A stretch of DNA of 64,000 nucleotides from Nemertoderma westbladi (Eukaryota > Animalia > Xenacoelomorpha), in contig JAUCBJ010001179.1 of the NCBI GenBank assembly GCA_032718475.1, forward strand, positions 69,562 to 133,561, given 5' to 3'. The notes below the pieces were generated by a model. The model was not told the origin of the DNA. It saw only the letters and a list, made by a program, of their open reading frames with translations, and searched no databases. Position numbers and translations under genes: made by a program. Of this stretch, positions 57,101-64,000 are shown piece by piece (within the stretch, counting starts at the first letter, position 1; every line of letters starts with the position of its first letter).

Positions 57101-60100
57101 CCACACTCTCCATCTCGTCCCCAACCCACACTCTCCATCTCGTCCCCAACCCACACTATCCATCTCGTCCCCAACCCACACTCTCCATCTCGTCCCCAAC
57201 CCACACTCTCCATCTCGTCCCCAACCCACACTCTCCATCTCGTCCCCAACCCACACTATCCATCTCGTCCCCAACCCACACTCTCCATCTCGTCCCCAAC
57301 CCACACTCTCCATCTCGTCCCCAACCCACACTCTCCATCTCGTCCCCAACCCACACTATCCATCTCGTCCCCAACCCACACTCTCCATCTCGTCCCCAAC
57401 CCACACTCTCCATCTCGTCCCCAACCCACACTATCCATCTCGTCCCCAACCCACACTCTCCATCTCGTCCCCAACCCACACTCTCCATCTCGTCCCCAAC
57501 CCACACTCTCCATCTCGTCCCCAACCCACACTCTCCATCTCGTCCCCAACCCACACTATCCATCTCGTCCCCAACCCACACTCTCCATCTCGTCCCCAAC
57601 CCACACTCTCCATCTCGTCCCCAACCCACACTCTCCATCTCGTCCCCAACCCACACTATCCATCTCGTCCCCAACCCACACTCTCCATCTCGTCCCCAAC
57701 CCACACTCTCCATCTCGTCCCCAACCCACACTCTCCATCTCGTCCCCAACCCACACTCTCCATCTCGTCCCCAACCCACACTCTCCATCTCGTCCCCAAC
57801 CCACACTCTCCATCTCGTCCCCAACCCACACTCTCCATCTCGTCCCCAACCCACACTCTCCATCTCGTCCCCAACCCACACTATCCATCTCGTCCCCAAC
57901 CCACACTCTCCATCTCGTCCCCAACCCACACTATCCATCTCGTCCCCAACCCACACTCTCCATCTCGTCCCCAACCCACACTCTCCATCTCGTCCCCAAC
58001 CCACACTATCCATCTCGTCCCCAACCCACACTCTCCATCTCGTCCCCAACCCACACTATCCATCTCGTCCCCAACCCACACTCTCCATCTCGTCCCCAAC
58101 CCACACTCTCCATCTCGTCCCCAACCCACACTCTCCATCTCGTCCCCAACCCACACTCTCCATCTCGTCCCCAACCCACACTATCCATCTCGTCCCCAAC
58201 CCACACTCTCCATCTCGTCCCCAACCCACACTATCCATCTCGTCCCCAACCCACACTCTCCATCTCGTCCCCAACCCACACTCTCCATCTCGTCCCCAAC
58301 CCACACTCTCCATCTCGTCCCCAACCCACACTCTCCATCTCGTCCCCAACCCACACTATCCATCTCGTCCCCAACCCACACTCTCCATCTCGTCCCCAAC
58401 CCACACTATCCATCTCGTCCCCAACCCACACTCTCCATCTCGTCCCCAACCCACACTCTCCATCTCGTCCCCAACCCACACTCTCCATCTCGTCCCCAAC
58501 CCACACTCTCCATCTCGTCCCCAACCCACACTATCCATCTCGTCCCCAACCCACACTCTCCATCTCGTCCCCAACCCACACTATCCATCTCGTCCCCAAC
58601 CCACACTCTCCATCTCGTCCCCAACCCACACTCTCCATCTCGTCCCCAACCCACACTCTCCATCTCGTCCCCAACCCACACTCTCCATCTCGTCCCCAAC
58701 CCACACTATCCATCTCGTCCCCAACCCACACTCTCCATCTCGTCCCCAACCCACACTATCCATCTCGTCCCCAACCCACACTCTCCATCTCGTCCCCAAC
58801 CCACACTATCCATCTCGTCCCCAACCCACACTCTCCATCTCGTCCCCAACCCACACTCTCCATCTCGTCCCCAACCCACACTCTCCATCTCGTCCCCAAC
58901 CCACACTCTCCATCTCGTCCCCAACCCACACTATCCATCTCGTCCCCAACCCACACTCTCCATCTCGTCCCCAACCCACACTATCCATCTCGTCCCCAAC
59001 CCACACTCTCCATCTCGTCCCCAACCCACACTATCCATCTCGTCCCCAACCCACACTCTCCATCTCGTCCCCAACCCACACTATCCATCTCGTCCCCAAC
59101 CCACACTCTCCATCTCGTCCCCAACCCACACTCTCCATCTCGTCCCCAACCCACACTATCCATCTCGTCCCCAACCCACACTCTCCATCTCGTCCCCAAC
59201 CCACACTCTCCATCTCGTCCCCAACCCACACTCTCCATCTCGTCCCCAACCCACACTCTCCATCTCGTCCCCAACCCACACTCTCCATCTCGTCCCCAAC
59301 CCACACTCTCCATCTCGTCCCCAACCCACACTCTCCATCTCGTCCCCAACCCACACTCTCCATCTCGTCCCCAACCCACACTCTCCATCTCGTCCCCAAC
59401 CCACACTCTCCATCTCGTCCCCAACCCACACTCTCCATCTCGTCCCCAACCCACACTATCCATCTCGTCCCCAACCCACACTATCCATCTCGTCCCCAAC
59501 CCACACTCTCCATCTCGTCCCCAACCCACACTATCCATCTCGTCCCCAACCCACACTCTCCATCTCGTCCCCAACCCACACTCTCCATCTCGTCCCCAAC
59601 CCACACTCTCCATCTCGTCCCCAACCCACACTATCCATCTCGTCCCCAACCCACACTCTCCATCTCGTCCCCAACCCACACTCTCCATCTCGTCCCCAAC
59701 CCACACTCTCCATCTCGTCCCCAACCCACACTATCCATCTCGTCCCCAACCCACACTCTCCATCTCGTCCCCAACCCACACTCTCCATCTCGTCCCCAAC
59801 CCACACTCTCCATCTCGTCCCCAACCCACACTATCCATCTCGTCCCCAACCCACACTATCCATCTCGTCCCCAACCCACACTCTCCATCTCGTCCCCAAC
59901 CCACACTCTCCATCTCGTCCCCAACCCACACTCTCCATCTCGTCCCCAACCCACACTCTCCATCTCGTCCCCAACCCACACTATCCATCTCGTCCCCAAC
60001 CCACACTATCCATCTCGTCCCCAACCCACACTCTCCATCTCGTCCCCAACCCACACTCTCCATCTCGTCCCCAACCCACACTCTCCATCTCGTCCCCAAC

Positions 60101-62957
60101 CCACACTCTCCATCTCGTCCCCAACCCACACTCTCCATCTCGTCCCCAACCCACACTCTCCATCTCGTCCCCAACCCACACTATCCATCTCGTCCCCAAC
60201 CCACACTCTCCATCTCGTCCCCAACCCACACTCTCCATCTCGTCCCCAACCCACACTCTCCATCTCGTCCCCAACCCACACTCTCCATCTCGTCCCCAAC
60301 CCACACTCTCCATCTCGTCCCCAACCCACACTCTCCATCTCGTCCCCAACCCACACTCTCCATCTCGTCCCCAACCCACACTCTCCATCTCGTCCCCAAC
60401 CCACACTCTCCATCTCGTCCCCAACCCACACTCTCCATCTCGTCCCCAACCCACACTCTCCATCTCGTCCCCAACCCACACTCTCCATCTCGTCCCCAAC
60501 CCACACTCTCCATCTCGTCCCCAACCCACACTCTCCATCTCGTCCCCAACCCACACTCTCCATCTCGTCCCCAACCCACACTCTCCATCTCGTCCCCAAC
60601 CCACACTATCCATCTCGTCCCCAACCCACACTCTCCATCTCGTCCCCAACCCACACTATCCATCTCGTCCCCAACCCACACTCTCCATCTCGTCCCCAAC
60701 CCACACTCTCCATCTCGTCCCCAACCCACACTCTCCATCTCGTCCCCAACCCACACTCTCCATCTCGTCCCCAACCCACACTCTCCATCTCGTCCCCAAC
60801 CCACACTATCCATCTCGTCCCCAACCCACACTCTCCATCTCGTCCCCAACCCACACTATCCATCTCGTCCCCAACCCACACTCTCCATCTCGTCCCCAAC
60901 CCACACTCTCCATCTCGTCCCCAACCCACACTATCCATCTCGTCCCCAACCCACACTCTCCATCTCGTCCCCAACCCACACTATCCATCTCGTCCCCAAC
61001 CCACACTCTCCATCTCGTCCCCAACCCACACTCTCCATCTCGTCCCCAACCCACACTATCCATCTCGTCCCCAACCCACACTCTCCATCTCGTCCCCAAC
61101 CCACACTATCCATCTCGTCCCCAACCCACACTCTCCATCTCGTCCCCAACCCACACTCTCCATCTCGTCCCCAACCCACACTCTCCATCTCGTCCCCAAC
61201 CCACACTCTCCATCTCGTCCCCAACCCACACTCTCCATCTCGTCCCCAACCCACACTATCCATCTCGTCCCCAACCCACACTCTCCATCTCGTCCCCAAC
61301 CCACACTCTCCATCTCGTCCCCAACCCACACTCTCCATCTCGTCCCCAACCCACACTATCCATCTCGTCCCCAACCCACACTCTCCATCTCGTCCCCAAC
61401 CCACACTCTCCATCTCGTCCCCAACCCACACTCTCCATCTCGTCCCCAACCCACACTCTCCATCTCGTCCCCAACCCACACTATCCATCTCGTCCCCAAC
61501 CCACACTCTCCATCTCGTCCCCAACCCACACTCTCCATCTCGTCCCCAACCCACACTCTCCATCTCGTCCCCAACCCACACTATCCATCTCGTCCCCAAC
61601 CCACACTATCCATCTCGTCCCCAACCCACACTCTCCATCTCGTCCCCAACCCACACTCTCCATCTCGTCCCCAACCCACACTATCCATCTCGTCCCCAAC
61701 CCACACTCTCCATCTCGTCCCCAACCCACACTCTCCATCTCGTCCCCAACCCACACTATCCATCTCGTCCCCAACCCACACTATCCATCTCGTCCCCAAC
61801 CCACACTCTCCATCTCGTCCCCAACCCACACTCTCCATCTCGTCCCCAACCCACACTCTCCATCTCGTCCCCAACCCACACTCTCCATCTCGTCCCCAAC
61901 CCACACTATCCATCTCGTCCCCAACCCACACTATCCATCTCGTCCCCAACCCACACTCTCCATCTCGTCCCCAACCCACACTATCCATCTCGTCCCCAAC
62001 CCACACTCTCCATCTCGTCCCCAACCCACACTCTCCATCTCGTCCCTAACCCACACTCTCCATCTCGTCCCCAACCCACACTCTCCCCTCTACTCACCGC
62101 CTGTATTTGGTCTCCTGCCCACAGTCTACCATCCCGGGCCGCTGCTCCCTCTTCGTAGACTTCGTGAACGAGTATAGAACCCAGTAAAGTGTCGGAGCCT
62201 CCAACAATAGACAGACCCAAACCTTAAAAATAGTATTATTGGTGTAAACATAATCACCAATAACTAACTATATTAAACCCTTTGCACATTGATAAAATTA
62301 TAGGCATATTTTACAGTATGTTAAAAAATAGTAAATTTAAGTGAAGTATTTTTACAAGGAAGATTAAACTTATATGTTAATTAATTGGTTGTTTATAAAT
62401 TAGTGACTTCAGAATAGATGCATGGACGAGGTGTTGATAATAATTCAAGGTGATTTGTCACAAGGGGGCGATGCGAGGGGGTTCTACATTAACATTGGAG
62501 TGTTGTCTACGAACAACCATTATTTGTATAGAAGAATGCTGGCCTATTCCTTTTAACAATTATTATTATTTAATTGAATTTTTATTTCTCCAATAATGGT
62601 TTGCTCCATATTGGCCCTTAGCAGTCCACCAACAAGAGAGACTTCGCTCGTTTTGAAATAAATTTGCTTAGATTAATTTAGTTTTAGATTTAATTTAATG
62701 TCGATTTTCGTTATTTTTATCAATATTATGCTTTGAAGTGCGATTTCCAAACACTAAAACGCGGAAAACAAATAAAATAACCTTTGATTATGAAAGTTTG
62801 ATTGAACCTAAGAATGTTGGCCTACCTGTGTTCCCTTTATCGATTGTAATTACGGTGGATTTCTTAGAAATGATGTCGCAGTCTACAGGATCGCCTTGTT
62901 CCGAATTAGTACCGAATATTGAATCACCCGAAGCGTTGGAGTTAGACCGTGAAAGAT
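35859..62957 (-). CDS. MPDZ: Multi-PDZ domain protein (MPDZ/MUPP1-PATJ family), 3' part: 11 coding exons, 4 PDZ domains; the 5' part lies beyond the window
   Basis: Exons 62826-62957, 62098-62222, 56432-56625, 55953-56100, 49049-49180, 44362-44490, 43857-44025, 42206-42451, 36748-36978, 36248-36335, 35859-36126 join through GT-AG introns with matching phases into one open frame. The motifs [52 protein letters not shown] and [32 protein letters not shown] match my recollection of vertebrate MPDZ PDZ10-13. MPDZ versus PATJ orthology was not tested. Confidence 0.88.
36248..36335 (-). CDS. MPDZ: MPDZ-like 88-nt exon ([30 protein letters not shown])
   Basis: Not in the ORF track. Acceptor tttcgcag|AA, donor TCTGG|gtcagt; needed to convert phase 1 to the phase 2 of the last exon. 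Confidence 0.78.
36748..36978 (-). CDS. MPDZ: MPDZ-like exon, acidic linker ([15 protein letters not shown]...EESPTGLPS)
   Basis: Acceptor cacacag|AT, donor TCAG|gtttat; 231 nt, phase 1-1. Confidence 0.8.
37021..42190. repeat. Intronic 27/30-bp minisatellite (ccaccaactaatccctaccagctacac), roughly 185 copies
   Basis: Fills almost all of intron 36979-42205. Confidence 0.96.
42206..42451 (-). CDS. MPDZ: MPDZ-like exon, acidic linker ([13 protein letters not shown]...DGENGDG)
   Basis: Acceptor attttag|CT, donor GGAG|gtgagt; 246 nt, open, phases fit both neighbours. Confidence 0.8.
43485..43890. repeat. About 42-bp degenerate minisatellite overlapping the exon end and donor site
   Basis: ccctaacttaccccctattgtt(g/t)cccct recurs about 10 times; the last copy is the exon end and real donor. 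Confidence 0.9.
43857..44025 (-). CDS. MPDZ: MPDZ-like exon (end of PDZ12: [16 protein letters not shown]...LELRVAS, start of acidic linker)
   Basis: Acceptor ttttcaag|GTT, donor GGGG|gtaagt; phase 1 out. Confidence 0.9.
44362..44490 (-). CDS. MPDZ: MPDZ-like exon (PDZ12: [43 protein letters not shown])
   Basis: Not in the ORF track. Acceptor ttctgtag|GTT, donor AAG|gttgga; 129 nt; SLGFSIAGG carboxylate-binding loop. Confidence 0.9.
45002..45240. mobile_element. Short MITE-like element with ggacacttccccc subrepeats in inverted orientation at its ends
   Basis: Left ggacacttctccccggacactcccc versus right ggggggaagtgtccagggggg; a related copy lies at 63330-63430. Confidence 0.55.
47267..48089. 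mobile_element. Non-autonomous DNA transposon (MITE-like), about 820 bp, with about 55-bp terminal inverted repeats
   Basis: atatgtggcggtgaaagcgaaaaggtaccttaaggtgaaaat... at the left is the reverse complement of ...attttcaccttaaggtaccttttcgcgttcactgccacatat at the right; no transposase ORF. Confidence 0.8.
48319..48545. mobile_element. Possible small MITE, about 225 bp
   Basis: agaggggaaactggacgcaa ... ttgcgtccattttcccccctct form an imperfect inverted repeat of about 20 bp. Confidence 0.4.
49049..49180 (-). CDS. MPDZ: MPDZ-like exon (end of PDZ11, Ser-rich linker, start of PDZ12: [16 protein letters not shown]...ERDVTLIK)
   Basis: Not in the ORF track. Acceptor tcttacag|ACT, donor AAG|gtgtga; 132 nt, open, phase 0-0; supplies the missing last strand of PDZ11. 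Confidence 0.85.
49401..55960. repeat. Intronic 25/27-bp minisatellite (actttcagccacacctactatacta), roughly 255 copies, overlapping the donor site
   Basis: The minus-strand unit GCTGAAA-GTTAGTATAGTAGGTGTG equals the exon/intron junction at 55953. Confidence 0.97.
55953..56100 (-). CDS. MPDZ: MPDZ-like exon (PDZ11: [37 protein letters not shown]...VMLK)
   Basis: Acceptor gaacag|G, donor CTGAAA|gttagt; PDZ motif DGRL..GDQI. Confidence 0.92.
56432..56625 (-). CDS. MPDZ: MPDZ-like exon (end of PDZ10, start of PDZ11: [15 protein letters not shown]...SLGISIRSR)
   Basis: Acceptor tgtttcag|GTC, donor AA|gttagt; phase 0 in, phase 2 out. Confidence 0.92.
56718..62090. repeat. Intronic 25-bp minisatellite (ccaacccacact[c/a]tccatctcgtcc), roughly 215 copies
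   Basis: Strict 25-bp period with essentially one variable site; fills intron 56626-62097. Confidence 0.98.
62098..62222 (-). CDS. MPDZ: MPDZ-like exon (PDZ10 core: [42 protein letters not shown])
   Basis: Acceptor tttttaag|GT, donor GCG|gtgagt; typical PDZ motifs. Confidence 0.93.
62826..62957 (-). CDS. MPDZ: MPDZ-like exon (linker and start of PDZ10-equivalent: DLSRSNS...[11 protein letters not shown])
   Basis: Acceptor ttttgtag|AT, donor ACAG|gtagg; phase 1 joins the next exon to give GLGLSIVGG. Confidence 0.85.
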
Positions 62958-63329
62958 CTACAAAATAATACAATTATATTTTAGCAATGATAAACGAGAA
63001 AATAGCAGGTTAAAATAACAAACATTTGTTTATCCAATATTGTAATATATGTATTATATTATTATACTGTATGCTGTACAGTAGTTTGTAAAAAAATTAA
63101 GAATTTGAAGAAACTATTATTTATTTAAGGGTTTTGAAGTATTGTAACAAACTATTGTATTAGGGAGGTTTGAAAGCTGTTTCGAACAATTTCTATATAA
63201 ATTCGAGTATAATAACTACAGCAAGAAGTAAACGATATATTCGACGCCGACCCCAAACGCAAAAATGTATTATTTCCTGAGAGAGAGTTAGCGACCGCTG
63301 ACAGCTGTCAATTATTATCGGCAATATCG

Positions 63330-63430
63330 CGGGGTCTGCGGACACCCCCCCCCCCCCCCCCCGGACACTTCCCCCCAAATACTTCCCCCCCCGGACACTT
63401 CCCCCCCGACTGTTCTTAACTTCGCACATT
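63330..63430. mobile_element. Partial second copy of the ggacacttccccc element
   Basis: Shares ggacacttcccccc repeats and ccgactgttcttaa.ttcg.ac with 45040-45102. Confidence 0.55.
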
Positions 63431-64000
63431 CTTTTTTTGTTTTGTAAGGTAAACGGACCGCTTGTATCCAGACAAATTGTATCCAGTTTTCCTTTCGTAG
63501 CTCAGAAAGTGATCTTTTGCATCCCGATTTCTACAATTTGTATCCAAGTTTTATTTATGAGTTTTATCAAAGCAATTACATTGTATTGTTTGCTAATCTT
63601 TAAACAATTAATTAGATGACCTATAAATACCATCCCCCGAATGATATACTGTTTTTATTAACTATAGAATTATAATAATTAATTGTTTTAATTATACAGT
63701 AGGTATTATTATGTAATAGTCTTCTTCAAATTGTAGCAGATGGGGATGAATATTATTGTTGCAATCAAAATTATACCTCTCCAGGTAAAATCGACATGCG
63801 TTGACCTGTATTCTGTGTTCAGCATTACATATTTATAAATTAATTAAATTTCCTGGTTACTTGCAATATTTTTAATAGGATTTTGATGAATTATATAATA
63901 TTGTAGTAATTTATATATTAATTTGGTTAAAATTCAATACAGCTCCTACTTTAGGCTTATTCAATTTATTATCTGATGATACAAACATGAATTAATTATT

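Noticed and set aside
56650-62024. Many overlapping [25 protein letters not shown] ORFs
   Set aside because: A 25-bp repeat read in all three frames; stops come only from the single variant site.
37021-62090. CRISPR-like or telomeric interpretation of the 25-30 bp repeats
   Set aside because: No unique spacers, no cas genes and a spliceosomal gene context. The units are not canonical telomere repeats and lie inside introns.
63777-63812. Possible upstream micro-exon (STHVDFTWR, donor GAG|gtataa)
   Set aside because: The phase could fit, but the acceptor lacks a pyrimidine tract and there is no homology support.

Overview
AT-rich eukaryotic (probably invertebrate) genomic DNA. The right half (35859-62957, minus strand) holds the last 11 coding exons of a multi-PDZ scaffold gene of the MPDZ/PATJ family. 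All junctions are GT-AG and phase-compatible, giving 1862 nt, about 620 codons, that cover four PDZ domains equivalent to MPDZ PDZ10-13. Four of its introns carry different minisatellite arrays (0.4-6.5 kb). Each array starts at the 5' splice site and its unit resembles that exon end or donor, so two introns contain several to hundreds of donor-site copies. The left half (1-35069) is a tandem array of four 6.8-10.3 kb units, plus the edge of a fifth. Each unit has a copy of the MPDZ 3' end, fused in three units to two exons of an unidentified second gene, then an ordered block of four satellites (36 bp, ATGCT-type, 43 bp palindromic, 200 bp). Deletion junctions in the units show templated insertions. 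Several MITE-like elements lie in the introns. Nearly all long ORFs in the ORF track are translations of repeats.
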